Part shown: one piece after another, positions 31,346 through 41,708 of the stretch
How positions within the stretch are numbered: position 1 is the stretch's first letter
Layout: each line of letters starts with the position of its first letter
Source of the DNA: Abditibacteriaceae bacterium
GTDB lineage: Bacteria; Armatimonadota; Abditibacteriia; Abditibacteriales; Abditibacteriaceae
Direction: 5' to 3'
Length of the DNA stretch: 64,000 nucleotides
Assembly: GCA_965277285.1 (NCBI GenBank)
Contig: OZ255721.1
Coordinates: forward strand, 1,696,001-1,760,000
Position numbers and translations under genes: made by a program
Notes under the pieces: model-generated
Database searches by the model: none
What the model saw: only the letters and a program-made list of their open reading frames with translations
Told to the model about the DNA's origin: nothing

Positions 31346-32407
31346 ATGGCAGCGAACGAAAAAATACGCGTCGGAATTATCGGCGCGGGCATTGGCGCGA
31401 ATCATATCAAAGGTTTCAAAGCCGTCAAAGAAGCCGAAATCGTCGGTTTGTGCGACCTCAACACCGAGCGCGCGCAGAAAACCGCCGAAGCGCAAGGTTT
31501 GAAAATCCCGATTTACGGCGACTTCCACGAAATGCTGGACAAAGTCGACGCGGTTTCGATTGGCGTCCCGAACACTCTGCACCGCGATGTTGCAGTCGCT
31601 TGCATGGACGCTGGCAAGCACGTTTTATGCGAAAAACCGCTGGCGATGAACGTCGGGGAAGCGCAGGACATCGCGGACGCAGCCAGTCGCAACAACGTGA
31701 AATGTATGGTTGGTCAAGTGATGCGTTTTCGTCCCGATTCGCAGTTCATCAAGCATCGAGTACTCGATGGCGACTTGGGCAAGGTTTATTACGCGCGCAG
31801 CGGAATGCTTCGCAAGCGCGGCATTCCGGGTTACGGCGGCTGGTTCACCACCAAAGCGATGAGCGGCGGCGGCCCTTTGATCGACATCGGCGTGCATATG
31901 CTCGATCTCGCGTGGTGGCTGTGCGGCTGCCCGAAACCCCTCACCGTCAGCGGTTCGACTTTCGCCGAGTTCGGGCCAAAAGGCAAAGGTCTGGGCAACT
32001 GGATGAACGATCAATGGAAAGGTCGCAAGCCCGAAGGTACCTTTGATGTGGAAGATTTGGCGATGGGCGTGATTCGTTTTGAAGGCGGATTAACGATCAA
32101 CCTGGAAGTTTCGTGGGCGCTTAACAATCGCCAAGATTCCAGTTGGTGCCAGATTTTCGGCAACGAAGGCGGCGCTGAATGGGGCGACAACACGGGAATT
32201 TTCACCGATAAAGGCGACGTTCAAACCACGCTCAATCCGAAGTTGCCGTCGTCGGAAGAATGGCCAGGCGAAATGCAGCACTTCGTGAACGCGATCTTGA
32301 ATGATACGACGCCCGATCCAGATGCTAACCAAGGCGTGACGATGATCAAAATGCTGAGCGGCATCTACGAAAGCGCCGCGCTGGGCCGCGAAATCGAAGT
32401 CAAATAA
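31346..32407 (+). CDS. Gfo/Idh/MocA family oxidoreductase
   Basis: GIIGAG, HVLCEKPLA, SGGGPLIDIGVHMLD. Confidence 0.93.
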   Translation: MAANEKIRVGIIGAGIGANHIKGFKAVKEAEIVGLCDLNTERAQKTAEAQGLKIPIYGDFHEMLDKVDAVSIGVPNTLHRDVAVACMDAGKHVLCEKPLAMNVGEAQDIADAASRNNVKCMVGQVMRFRPDSQFIKHRVLDGDLGKVYYARSGMLRKRGIPGYGGWFTTKAMSGGGPLIDIGVHMLDLAWWLCGCPKPLTVSGSTFAEFGPKGKGLGNWMNDQWKGRKPEGTFDVEDLAMGVIRFEGGLTINLEVSWALNNRQDSSWCQIFGNEGGAEWGDNTGIFTDKGDVQTTLNPKLPSSEEWPGEMQHFVNAILNDTTPDPDANQGVTMIKMLSGIYESAALGREIEVK

Positions 32408-32461
32408 AGTTCACCGCAGAGGACGTGGAGAGCGCGGAGTGCAACAGAGTACTCGAAATTA

Positions 32462-32537
32462 TCACTTTGTCATTCTGAGCGCAGCGAAGAATCTCATTGC
32501 AGTAAGATTCTTCGCTGCGCTCAGAATGACAAAGTGA
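32462..32537. repeat. inverted repeat, family B
   Basis: TGTCATTCTGAGCGCAGCGAAGAATCT...AGATTCTTCGCTGCGCTCAGAATGACA. Confidence 0.85.
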
Positions 32538-32614
32538 CAGTTTCGTCGTTTGTCTTCTTCCTTTTCCTTCGCGCTCTTCGCGTCCTTCGCGGTGCAGTAC
32601 TTTGGAGAAGTTGG

Positions 32615-32977
32615 ATGAACATCAAAATTATTCCTCGTCCCGTTCACGCTTTGCTCGATTACACATGGAGCGGCGCTCTTGCCACGGCGCCCAAAGTCTT
32701 CGGTTTTGAAGATGAACCAGCCGCCGTCAAATTGTGCAAAATGCAAGGTAGTCTGGTCGCAGCCGCCAGCGCATTAACGCGCTATGAACTGGGCACCATC
32801 AAAATCATTCCCTTTCGCACGCACTTGAAGTTGGACGCGATTGGCGCGGTTCTGGGAATCGCTTCGCCGTGGCTACTTGGTTTTTCGGAAAATAAAAAAG
32901 CGCGCAACACGGTTCTGGCATTTTTCCTGATCGAAGCGCTCGTCGTTTTGCTCAGTCAGACCGACGAGATGGAGTAA
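32615..32977 (+). CDS. small membrane protein (SPW-repeat-like)
   Basis: VHALLDY, LTRYELG, HLKLD, ASPWLLGF. Confidence 0.75.
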   Translation: MNIKIIPRPVHALLDYTWSGALATAPKVFGFEDEPAAVKLCKMQGSLVAAASALTRYELGTIKIIPFRTHLKLDAIGAVLGIASPWLLGFSENKKARNTVLAFFLIEALVVLLSQTDEME

Positions 32978-32979
32978 CG

Positions 32980-33657
32980 ATGCTTCATCGAGTACTCGAA
33001 CGCGCGTTCGTTTCGCTGGGCGCCGCTGTTTTGCTCGCGTCGTGTTCTCGGACGCCGAATCAGTCAACGGATGCGCGCGACATTGTTCCCGTTGCCGCAA
33101 CGCTAACGGTCGCCAGACATCAAACATCGCGGCGACAAATGCAGGCGTTGAAGATTGTTGCGGCGGCGCGGACGCAAGTTGGCGATCTTTATGACGCATC
33201 GTATGTGGACATGAAATATCCCAACGGCGATGTCCCGCGCGGGCGTGGCGCCTGCACCGATGTGATAGTTCGCGCGCTGCGCGCTGTCGGCTACGACCTG
33301 CAAAAGCTGATTCACGAAGACAAAAAACGTCATCCCAGCGTGTATCCCGCGAAGTGGCGCGCCAGTCGCGCCGATACCAACATCGACCAGCGCCGCGTTC
33401 CCAACCAGAAAGTTTTCTTCGCGCGCTACGGGAAAACGTTAACCAACGTTGTCAATTCGAGTACTCGAAACCAGTGGCAAGCCGGCGATATTGTGCAATG
33501 GAAGTTTGAAAACGGACTCGATCATACGGGCATTATTTCCGACAAACTCAACGCGCAAGGCTGGCCGTTGGTGATCCACAATGTCGATGGCTGCGCCGAA
33601 AACGATGTGCTGACCGCGTGGAAAATTGTCGGGCATTACCGCTTTCCCATGCAATGA
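32980..33657 (+). CDS. DUF1287 (YijF-like) putative lipoprotein
   Basis: LLASC lipobox, YPNGDVP, GACTDVIVRA, DTNIDQRRVPN, HTGIISD. Confidence 0.85.
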   Translation: MLHRVLERAFVSLGAAVLLASCSRTPNQSTDARDIVPVAATLTVARHQTSRRQMQALKIVAAARTQVGDLYDASYVDMKYPNGDVPRGRGACTDVIVRALRAVGYDLQKLIHEDKKRHPSVYPAKWRASRADTNIDQRRVPNQKVFFARYGKTLTNVVNSSTRNQWQAGDIVQWKFENGLDHTGIISDKLNAQGWPLVIHNVDGCAENDVLTAWKIVGHYRFPMQ

Positions 33658-33739
33658 GTGATAAGTGGTACGAGCGATTCGCCGAAACGCCCGTACGCAT
33701 GACAAGCGCGGATTACTCAGTCCTCACCGCTTTCTTTCC

Positions 33740-34531
33740 ATGTTCTTCGATTCCCATTGTCACCTGACGAGCGAACAACTTGCGCCGCAATTCGACGACG
33801 TTTTGGGCCGCGCCCAGAGCGCGAACGTGACGCGAATTCTCAATATCGCTGATAATTTAGCGTCCGCAAATGCTGCCAACGAGCAAGCAGGAATCGCGCG
33901 CCATCGCGGTTTTTTGATGTGGGCGACGGCGGGCGTTCATCCGCAAAACGCCAACGAGTACTCGAACCAATCGGGAAGCGAACTGCACGAATTGTTGAAC
34001 GAAGAATATTGTGTGGCGGTTGGCGAAATCGGCCTTGATTATTTTTACGACGAGGCGCATCCGCACCATCCGGGCGCGACGCGCGAACATCAGCAAAAGG
34101 TTTTTCGCGCGCAAATCGAAATCGCGCTTGAACGCGATTTGCCCGTTGTCATTCACAACCGCGACGCCGACCAAGACTTATTAAGAATCGTCGGAGATTA
34201 TCCACACTTGCGCGGCGTTTTTCATTGCTTTGGTTCTTCAGTCGAAGTTGCGCATCGAGTACTCGAGTCGGGGTTTTATTTAGGTTTCACGGGAATCGTC
34301 ACCTTCAAAAACGCGCAAATCGTGCGCGATGTGGCGAGGATTTGTCCGCTGAATCGAATGTTAATTGAAACCGATGCGCCGTATCTGGCGCCCGTTCCGT
34401 TTCGCGGCAAGACGAACGAACCGTCGTTTGTGCCGCGCGTGGCGGAAACTCTGGCGACTTTGCGCGAACTTTCGATGGAAGAAATCGGCGCGGTTACGAC
34501 GCGCAATGCCATTGAACTTTTTCGCTTGTAG
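33740..34531 (+). CDS. tatD: TatD family deoxyribonuclease
   Basis: DSHCHL, GVHP, VGEIGLDY, IHNRDA, HCF, ETDAPYLAP. Confidence 0.93.
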   Translation: MFFDSHCHLTSEQLAPQFDDVLGRAQSANVTRILNIADNLASANAANEQAGIARHRGFLMWATAGVHPQNANEYSNQSGSELHELLNEEYCVAVGEIGLDYFYDEAHPHHPGATREHQQKVFRAQIEIALERDLPVVIHNRDADQDLLRIVGDYPHLRGVFHCFGSSVEVAHRVLESGFYLGFTGIVTFKNAQIVRDVARICPLNRMLIETDAPYLAPVPFRGKTNEPSFVPRVAETLATLRELSMEEIGAVTTRNAIELFRL

Positions 34532-34551
34532 ATAGAAGGCGGGGCTGTCCG

Positions 34552-35070
34552 TCAGCTTTCGGTGCGCGCAATGGGTTGCAGGCTGCGCGACGATTTGGCG
34601 CTCATTGGCACGACGTTGATGGAACCGTCGGCTTCCAAAACCGCGAACTTGACGGTATCAACATCGGCTTCGCCGCGCTGATGAATCGCCTGCAAAACAT
34701 CGGCGTGCGTCAAGCCGACGCGGATCATATTTTCTTCCACAAAATGCCCGAAATGGACCAGTACAATTGGGCCTCCGCCGATGAGATGGCGCAATTTCTT
34801 CGAGCGATAAAAAATCAAGGCCATGATGTGGTTCAAGGCCAAAAGTGTCGCTGCGGAAACCAAACCCGCAGGCAAAGACGTGTTTCCCGCCACCATCGCG
34901 GTTTCGACAGCGCTGCCCAGCAAAATGATAATCACTAGGTCGAGTACTGTTAATTGTCCCAGATGACGGCGCCCCAAAAAGCGCAGGCTAAGGATAAGAA
35001 AGAAGTAAATCGCGCACGTATGGAGGAACACAGCCAGCAAAGCGTGATGCGGATGCCACAGAGAAAACAA
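34552..35070 (-). CDS. DUF421 (YetF-like) membrane protein
   Basis: GRRHLGQLTVLDLV, AVLEADGSINVVP. Confidence 0.85.
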   Translation of the reverse strand: MFSLWHPHHALLAVFLHTCAIYFFLILSLRFLGRRHLGQLTVLDLVIIILLGSAVETAMVAGNTSLPAGLVSAATLLALNHIMALIFYRSKKLRHLIGGGPIVLVHFGHFVEENMIRVGLTHADVLQAIHQRGEADVDTVKFAVLEADGSINVVPMSAKSSRSLQPIARTES

Positions 35071-35165
35071 TTCGCAAACTCCTAACTAAAACGTCATAAA
35101 GGTGCGGCGACTTCGTTAGGTAACGTCGGTTTCCCGGCTTTATCACTTTCGTAGAGAGAATTTTC

Positions 35166-35708
35166 ATGTGGCAAAAGTGGCTGAACGACATTTTTTCTCA
35201 TCCCGATTGGCACGGCGCGCTCGCTATTGCGGGCAAAACGACCGTGATTTATTTCTTCCTGGTCGCCGGTTTGCGTTTGTCGGGCAAGCGTGAACTCGGG
35301 CAGATGAATATCTACGACCTGGTTTTGATTATCGTGCTGGCGAACGCAGTTCAAAACTCGATGGTCGGCGATGATACCACGCTTTTCGGCGGCATCGTGG
35401 CCGCGCTTGTTCTGCTGTTCTGGAACCGCGTTTTTTCGTTTCTGCTGGATCGCTCGCCCAAAATCGAGAAATACATGGTCGGCGAGCCGGTGCTGATTTT
35501 GAACGATGGCGAGCTGATCGCCGACCGAATGCGGCGCGAAGGCGTAACGCGCGAACAAGTGCTGGCCGCCCTGCGCGAACACGGCTTGAACAGTTGCGAT
35601 CAAGCGCATATGTGCGTTTTAGAAGTCGATGGCACGATCAGCGTGGTTCCCAAAGACGCCGATGTACGCCGCACGCATCGCCACTTCAAAGCCTTGCGCG
35701 TAACTTAA
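35166..35708 (+). CDS. DUF421 (YetF-like) membrane protein
   Basis: GKRELGQMNIYDLV, LEVDGTISVVP. Confidence 0.88.
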   Translation: MWQKWLNDIFSHPDWHGALAIAGKTTVIYFFLVAGLRLSGKRELGQMNIYDLVLIIVLANAVQNSMVGDDTTLFGGIVAALVLLFWNRVFSFLLDRSPKIEKYMVGEPVLILNDGELIADRMRREGVTREQVLAALREHGLNSCDQAHMCVLEVDGTISVVPKDADVRRTHRHFKALRVT

Positions 35709-35750
35709 GTGCGTAGATCATAAGTGCGTAAATAAAGTAAGGGAGACACC

Positions 35751-35840
35751 AAACTCGCAGTCTGTCATTCTGAGCGAAGCGAAGAATCTAACTTCGGGTT
35801 TAGATTCTTCGCTTCGCTCAGAATGACAGACTGCGAGTTT
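35751..35840. repeat. inverted repeat, family B
   Basis: AAACTCGCAGTCTGTCATTCTGAGCGAAGCGAAGAATCTAA followed by its reverse complement. Confidence 0.85.
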
Positions 35841-35923
35841 TCAGACGTGTCTTTTGCTGATCTTGCAAAACTTTTTCTATAGTTTCTGAGTTATGTCGCT
35901 TTCGAGTACTGGAAATTCGCTTT

Positions 35924-36442
35924 ATGACACCTGACAGCCAACTCTGGTTTTTATCAGTTATCGCCGCTCGCAGCGCGCTTGTTCTGCTGATTTTATCCAT
36001 TGGCCTGCGCGTGATGGGCAAGCGCCAAAGCGGACAGATGAACGTGTACGACGCCGCTTTGATTCTGCTGATCGCCAACGCCGTGCAAAATGCGATGACC
36101 AAAGGCGACGGACATTTGTTCGTCGGCTTCGCTTCGGCAGGCGCCTTGATGCTGGTCGGGCGCTTGTTCACGGTCGCCTTTGTGCGCTTACCGAAATTGC
36201 GCGAGTATCTGATTGGGACGCCGACGGTTTTAGTCAGCGACGGTCATTTGGTTTTGCCAAATATGAAGCGCGAGCACGTTTCCAAAGAACAGCTTTGCAC
36301 GGCTTTGCGTGAGCACAGCATGAAAGATTTCCGCGAAGTCAAATTGGCAATTTTGGAAGTCGATGGCACCATCAGCGTGATCGGAATGGAAGAACCGTCG
36401 GAACGCACGCCGCGCCATTTTCGTGCGCTTCGCCTGCCATAA
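35924..36442 (+). CDS. DUF421 (YetF-like) membrane protein
   Basis: GKRQSGQMNVYD, LEVDGTISVIG. Confidence 0.85.
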   Translation: MTPDSQLWFLSVIAARSALVLLILSIGLRVMGKRQSGQMNVYDAALILLIANAVQNAMTKGDGHLFVGFASAGALMLVGRLFTVAFVRLPKLREYLIGTPTVLVSDGHLVLPNMKREHVSKEQLCTALREHSMKDFREVKLAILEVDGTISVIGMEEPSERTPRHFRALRLP

Positions 36443-36477
36443 TCGAGTACTCGAATGAGGAAAAACGGCAGGAGTTT

Positions 36478-36546
36478 GTAGGGGTTTGGCGTGCCAAGCC
36501 CGAAAGCGCAGAACGGAGGAGCGGGCTTGGCACGCCAAACCCCTAC
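36478..36546. repeat. GTAG-type REP pair, family C
   Basis: GTAGGGGTTTGGCGTGCCAAGCCCG...CGGGCTTGGCACGCCAAACCCCTAC. Confidence 0.75.
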
Positions 36547-36591
36547 ACAATGCGACAACTTCATTAAAAATGCTCTAAAGGACAACCACAA

Positions 36592-37743
36592 TTGAATATC
36601 GTCGAAGCGTCGCGCTCTTATGAAAAATGGCTGGGTCAACATCTTGATTTAGTCGCCAATGATCTGCGACAAAAACACGCATTGATGGCGTCCGCGCCGT
36701 TTCCCTTTTTGCGAGCGACCTATTATCGCTGGGCGCAAACTTGGCCGCTCGCCTGCCCCGAACTGGCGAAGGCGCCGCGTGTTTTGGCTGTCGCCGATTT
36801 GCATTTGGAAAATTTCGGTACCTGGCGCGATCAGGAAGGACGTTTGGTCTGGGGCGTCAACGATTTCGACGAGGCATTCGATCTTCCCTACACCAACGAT
36901 CTGGTGCGACTGGCGTGCAGCATCGCGCTGGCTTTAGAAAGCGAAACCGCCTTAAAGATCAAACTCAAAAAAGCGTGCGGACAGCTTTTAGATGGCTATT
37001 TGACGACCTTGCGCAACGGCGTCAGCGCGGCAAAACCTTTCATTCTAGCCGAAGCAAATGAATGGCTGCTGGCCATTGCACAGCGTGAAATCGCGCAGCC
37101 AGAAGCGTTCTGGAAAAAACTGGCGACGCCGACGCCCAACGCTAAAGCCCTCAAATCGCCCAAGCGTTTGGACGAAGCCAAAGCCGTCATCGCGCCGCTC
37201 TTGCCAAACAACTTCACGGAAACGCGATGGAAGCAGCGCCAGGCCGGAATGGGCAGCCTGGGACGCCAACGTTTCGTCGTTATCGGCGAATGGCAAGGCG
37301 GCACCATCGCGCGCGAAGCCAAAGCGTGGGCGCCTTCCGCGTCGTATTGGGCGCAAAGTTATCCTTTGGACGAACACATATCGAGTACTCGAAACGCGAG
37401 CGAAGATAAAGGACATGGCGAAAAATCGCACATCGAGCAGATCGTCGGGAGCGCGGTTCGTTGTCCCGACCCGTATTTCAAAGTCGCCGATAAATGGGTG
37501 GTGCGTCGACTGGCGCCCGATTGCACCAAACTCGAAATCGCTAATCTGCCTCTGAACCAGGTCGAAGAACTTTTCACCGCGATGGGACGAGAAACCGCCA
37601 ACATCCATTGGGGCACGCCAAAAGCGATCCCAAGAATCCTCAAAGACGCCGAATCACGCTCCTCGCACTGGCTTTACGACGCCGCGCAAACGATGGCGAA
37701 ACAAGTGACCAAAGAATGTCAGCAATGGCAACGACGACGATGA
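36592..37743 (+). CDS. DUF2252 family (kinase-like) protein
   Basis: PFPFLRATYY, DLHLENFG, VNDFDEA, AGMGSLGR. Confidence 0.85.
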   Translation: MNIVEASRSYEKWLGQHLDLVANDLRQKHALMASAPFPFLRATYYRWAQTWPLACPELAKAPRVLAVADLHLENFGTWRDQEGRLVWGVNDFDEAFDLPYTNDLVRLACSIALALESETALKIKLKKACGQLLDGYLTTLRNGVSAAKPFILAEANEWLLAIAQREIAQPEAFWKKLATPTPNAKALKSPKRLDEAKAVIAPLLPNNFTETRWKQRQAGMGSLGRQRFVVIGEWQGGTIAREAKAWAPSASYWAQSYPLDEHISSTRNASEDKGHGEKSHIEQIVGSAVRCPDPYFKVADKWVVRRLAPDCTKLEIANLPLNQVEELFTAMGRETANIHWGTPKAIPRILKDAESRSSHWLYDAAQTMAKQVTKECQQWQRRR

Positions 37744-37783
37744 CAGCCGACTTTCGCTGATTCAACCGACACCTTTTTATTCG

Positions 37784-38401
37784 CTATTCCCCCTCACAAA
37801 TCACCGCCAACAACGGATCGCCGCGATGATTTGGCGGCGTGCGTCGTTCGCCGCGAACGTTCGACCAACCAGCATCGCGCGCATAATTTTCGACCAATTG
37901 CAGATGACCTGCGTCGTCTGTCGCCTGCCAGATGGCGACGGCTTTAGTTGGAAAGCAACGATTGGAAAATGTGATGACTAATGGCGCTGCGGCGCGACAA
38001 ACGCGGCGCACTTCGCGCAAAACGTCCACTGGTTTTTGCAGATATTGAATCGAAACGCAAATCGTCGCGCCGTCGAATTCGTTGTCGTCAAAGGGCAAAA
38101 TCGTGTTTTCGTTCAGGTTTTGCACGACAAAAGAGTTTAATCGCGTATTCGCCGCGAGTTCTTCGCGGTTCAAGCCCAAGCCGAAGACTTTCGAGTACTC
38201 GATGTCCGGCGGCAAGTGCGAAATCCAACTGCTCATCAAATCTAAAATCGCGCCGCCAACAGGCAACGTTTCGCGGTAAAGTTGCGTCACGGCTTCAATA
38301 GCCAGTTCGTCGATGTGCGTCACGAAACGCGGCGTTTGGTAGAAAAGCTCATCGTTTGTGTTGTCAAAGCGTGCAAAAGCGCGCGGTGGAAGAAAAGACA
38401 T
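37784..38401 (-). CDS. class I SAM-dependent methyltransferase
   Basis: PRFVTHID, ILDLMSSWISHLP, TFSNRCFPTKAV. Confidence 0.88.
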   Translation of the reverse strand: MSFLPPRAFARFDNTNDELFYQTPRFVTHIDELAIEAVTQLYRETLPVGGAILDLMSSWISHLPPDIEYSKVFGLGLNREELAANTRLNSFVVQNLNENTILPFDDNEFDGATICVSIQYLQKPVDVLREVRRVCRAAAPLVITFSNRCFPTKAVAIWQATDDAGHLQLVENYARDAGWSNVRGERRTPPNHRGDPLLAVICEGE

Positions 38402-38415
38402 GGGAACTCAAATCG

Positions 38416-38730
38416 TTACTTGGACATTCTTGCAATTAGAAAAACCAGACCAAAGCCGAACATCAAACTGTTGAGCGGCCAGATAAGAAAGAAGGCCGAA
38501 TATTCCGCATTTTGGTGCCATATCAATTTCGCCAAAGGCATCAGCGGAAATTCGAGTGCCGAATAAACCGTGTGAAAGAAAATTTCGAGAGGATAAGGCG
38601 TCTGAGGAGAAAAACGCCGCTTGTGGAGAACTGCGACAGAAAGATAAAGCAGACTGAATAAGATCGTCGCAATATAATGCAGGCATCCGACTCCACAACC
38701 CGCAGCCCGATTGCTATTCTGTTCTTTCAT
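38416..38730 (-). CDS. hypothetical membrane protein
   Basis: 104-aa hydrophobic ORF with an RBS-like sequence, co-oriented with the methyltransferase. Confidence 0.55.
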   Translation of the reverse strand: MKEQNSNRAAGCGVGCLHYIATILFSLLYLSVAVLHKRRFSPQTPYPLEIFFHTVYSALEFPLMPLAKLIWHQNAEYSAFFLIWPLNSLMFGFGLVFLIARMSK

Positions 38731-38907
38731 TGTTCACCGTCTCCACGACAAGAATCGAGTACTCGAATTATCCTCGCTTATTTTAACGTTAGAGTTGTAT
38801 TTCACCGCGTTCATTGTCACTGATAAGGCACTTTGTTTGCTATCTTTTTACGCATTCACTTGCAGGCGCGCATTCAGCCGCGCCTGTTTTCTTGAGAGGA
38901 ACTTTTC

Positions 38908-39642
38908 ATGGATAACACACCGAATAGCGGGCCGGTCGTCAACATTGGCAAGAAAAATCGCCTTGCGTCATTGATCGGCGGCGGCGCGCTGGCGCTTTAT
39001 GGATTGAGCAAGCGCAGCGTTGGCGGAACGTTGCTGGCGTTTGTCGGCGGCACTTTGGTTTATCGCGGCATGACGGGACATTGCGACGTTTGCGAACTGA
39101 TGGGCAAAAACCAGAGCGTCGAAAGTTTCGGCGGCGAACACGCACAAAACGCCGATATTCCCGGACATGGCGGCATTCTGGTTCACAAAGTCGTGACCAT
39201 CAACAAACCGGCGGAAGAACTTTATGCATTCTGGCGCAAGCTGGAAAACCTGCCGCAGTTTATGAACCATCTGCAAAGCGTCGAGGAAACCGACGCCACG
39301 CATTCGCACTGGGTCGCCAAAGCTCCAGCGGGCAGCAGCGTTTCATGGGACGCCGAAGTCATCCGCGACAACCCGAGCGAACTCATTGCCTGGCGCTCGG
39401 TCGAAGGCAGCACGATTCCCAATAGCGGCAGCGTGCGCTTTGTGCCGACAGACAACGGAACACAGGTCAAAGTCAACATCGAATATCAGCCGCCAGGCGG
39501 CGTGATTGGCGCGGCGTTCGCCAAATTGTTCGGTGAAGAACCGCAGCAACAAGTCAACGAAGATTTGCTGCGCTTCAAGCAATTGATGGAAACCGGCGAA
39601 GTCACTACCAACGGGCGCGAAGATTCCGGCGACGGAAAGTAA
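38908..39642 (+). CDS. SRPBCC/cyclase family protein with N-terminal DUF2892-like segment
   Basis: YRGMTGHC, YAFWRKLENLPQFMNHL, IAWRS, LLRFKQLMETGEV. Confidence 0.9.
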   Translation: MDNTPNSGPVVNIGKKNRLASLIGGGALALYGLSKRSVGGTLLAFVGGTLVYRGMTGHCDVCELMGKNQSVESFGGEHAQNADIPGHGGILVHKVVTINKPAEELYAFWRKLENLPQFMNHLQSVEETDATHSHWVAKAPAGSSVSWDAEVIRDNPSELIAWRSVEGSTIPNSGSVRFVPTDNGTQVKVNIEYQPPGGVIGAAFAKLFGEEPQQQVNEDLLRFKQLMETGEVTTNGREDSGDGK

Positions 39643-39666
39643 TATCGAGTACTCGAAGTTGAGTTT

Positions 39667-39694
39667 GTAGGGGCGCAGCATGCTGCGCCCCTAC
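39667..39694. repeat. GTAG-type REP, family C
   Basis: Perfect palindrome GTAGGGGCGCAGCATGCTGCGCCCCTAC. Confidence 0.75.
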
Positions 39695-39715
39695 TTTCGT
39701 AAAAGGAGAAATCAC

Positions 39716-40879
39716 ATGAAAGCTGTTGTCTGGCATGGCAAGCACGACGTGCGCGTGGATGAAGTTCCCGATCCGAAAATCGTCAACCCGCGCGACGCAA
39801 TTATTAAGATCACCACGACGGCGATTTGCGGCAGCGATTTGCATCTTTATGACGGCGTGATTATGACGATGCAGCGCGGCGATGTGTTGGGTCACGAATT
39901 CATGGGCGAAGTCGTCGAAGTCGGCTCCAGCACCAATTTGCAAAAGGGCGACCGCGTGATCGTGCCGTTCAATATAGCCTGCGGCAACTGTCATTATTGC
40001 AACAAGCAAGTGTTTTCGGCCTGCGACAATTCCAACCCGAACGGCGCGCTCAGCGAAAAGATTTACGGCTATCCCGCCGCGGGAATGTATGGCTATTCGC
40101 ATATGTTTGGCGGCTACAACGGCGGACAGGCCGAATATGTGCGCGTGCCCTACTCCGACGTGAACCCACTCAAAATCCCCGAAGGCTTGAGCGACGAACA
40201 GGTTCTTTTTCTCACTGATATTTTCCCAACAGGCTACATGGCGGCGGAAAACTGCAACATTCAAAAGGGCGATACGATTGCGATTTGGGGCGCCGGGCCG
40301 GTCGGACAGTTCGCCATTCGCAGCGCCTTTTTGCTGGGCGCCAAACGCGTCATTTCGATTGACAATATTCCCGAACGATTGGAACTGGCGAAGCAAGGCG
40401 GCGCAGAAGCGCTTAATTTCGATACGGTGAATACGATTCAGGAACTGAAAGAAATGACGGGCGGACGCGGCCCCGAAGCGTGCATTGATGCGGTTGGCAT
40501 GGAAGCGCACGGCACCGATCTGGGCAACATCTACGACTACACCAAGCAGGCGTTACGTATGTCGGCGGATCGCCCAAACGTGCTGCGCCAGATGATGCTC
40601 GCCTGCGGCAAAGGCGGCACGCTCTCGATTCCAGGCGTTTATGCCGGTGTCATCGACAAAGTGCCGTTCGGCATTGCCTTTGGCAAAGGTCTCACGTTCA
40701 AGATGGGACAAACGCACGTTCAGAAATATCTGCCGACACTTTTGAAACACATTCAAGACGGCGACATCGACCCGACGTTTGTTATCACGCACCGCCTGAA
40801 GCTGGAAGAAGCGCCGCAAGCGTATGAAACCTTCAAACACAAGCGCGATCATTGCATCAAAGTCGTAATGACACCGTGA
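39716..40879 (+). CDS. zinc-dependent alcohol/formaldehyde dehydrogenase family
   Basis: [34 protein letters not shown]. Confidence 0.93.
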   Translation: MKAVVWHGKHDVRVDEVPDPKIVNPRDAIIKITTTAICGSDLHLYDGVIMTMQRGDVLGHEFMGEVVEVGSSTNLQKGDRVIVPFNIACGNCHYCNKQVFSACDNSNPNGALSEKIYGYPAAGMYGYSHMFGGYNGGQAEYVRVPYSDVNPLKIPEGLSDEQVLFLTDIFPTGYMAAENCNIQKGDTIAIWGAGPVGQFAIRSAFLLGAKRVISIDNIPERLELAKQGGAEALNFDTVNTIQELKEMTGGRGPEACIDAVGMEAHGTDLGNIYDYTKQALRMSADRPNVLRQMMLACGKGGTLSIPGVYAGVIDKVPFGIAFGKGLTFKMGQTHVQKYLPTLLKHIQDGDIDPTFVITHRLKLEEAPQAYETFKHKRDHCIKVVMTP

Positions 40880-40928
40880 GCCAGAGAGCAGCGACAGGAG
40901 GCAGGAAGCAGAACCGTAGACTCTTATA

Positions 40929-40995
40929 GAACCCCAAGTGTAAGCGCAGGGCTAATGTGACAATTACGTCAGCCCCGCGCTTAAACTTGGGGTTC
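40929..40995. repeat. REP-like inverted repeat, family A (degenerate)
   Basis: GAACCCCAAGTGTAAGCGCAGGGCT...AGCCCCGCGCTTAAACTTGGGGTTC. Confidence 0.7.
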
Positions 40996-41035
40996 GTTTC
41001 TTGTAGCCTTTGATTCTTTACCTACCACATCAACC

Positions 41036-41073
41036 AAAAGTCACGCTATCGAGTACTCGATAGCGTGACTTTT
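41036..41073. terminator. bidirectional terminator-like 38-bp perfect palindrome
   Basis: AAAAGTCACGCTATCGAGTACTCGATAGCGTGACTTTT between convergent genes. Confidence 0.7.
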
Positions 41074-41093
41074 TCGCGTCTTTGGCGGACGAT

Positions 41094-41609
41094 TTACTTC
41101 AAGTCGATTTGTTCATTTTCGCCGACGTTGGATTTGTCGCGAGTGATGATCGCTTTAGCGAAACCAATGGCGTGCGCGATTCCGCTGCTTGGCGAATCCC
41201 AGTATTCGGCGTGTTCGACGTGAACTTTGAGCAGCGCGATGTCGGGCGTATCAACGCCATCGGGAAACCACGCCTTCAACGACGGCTGCCATAATTCTTT
41301 GATTTTGTCTTTGTCGCGCACCAGTTCAGCTTTGCCGGAAAGCGAAACGTAAGTCTGCGATTTAGGTTGCGCAAACGAAGCGTTGACGCGATGATCGCCT
41401 TCGATTTCGTGGACTTTGTGCGATGCGCCGTAAGTGAAGAACCACAAATCGCCGTCAAACTCGACTTCGCCGTTGACCGACATCGGGCGCGAATGCAAAT
41501 CGCCGCTTTCGTTCAGCGTCGTCAGCATACAAAAATCGATGTCCTTGACCAAATCGCGGATTTTATGCAGTTTCTCGTCATGTGTCATTTCAGTTTTGTT
41601 GTCGCTCAT
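41094..41609 (-). CDS. general stress protein 26 / pyridoxamine 5'-phosphate oxidase-like
   Basis: DIDFCMLTT, LHSRPM, LWFFT, AWFPDG, AEYWDS. Confidence 0.9.
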   Translation of the reverse strand: MSDNKTEMTHDEKLHKIRDLVKDIDFCMLTTLNESGDLHSRPMSVNGEVEFDGDLWFFTYGASHKVHEIEGDHRVNASFAQPKSQTYVSLSGKAELVRDKDKIKELWQPSLKAWFPDGVDTPDIALLKVHVEHAEYWDSPSSGIAHAIGFAKAIITRDKSNVGENEQIDLK

Positions 41610-41708
41610 CGTTTTTCTCCTTGAACTATCCACGCCAAACGTCGCAATTTCGCTTCCAGAACCGCCATATTCGAGTACTCGAATCGCTTTTTTGTTACAT
41701 TGAAAGCT

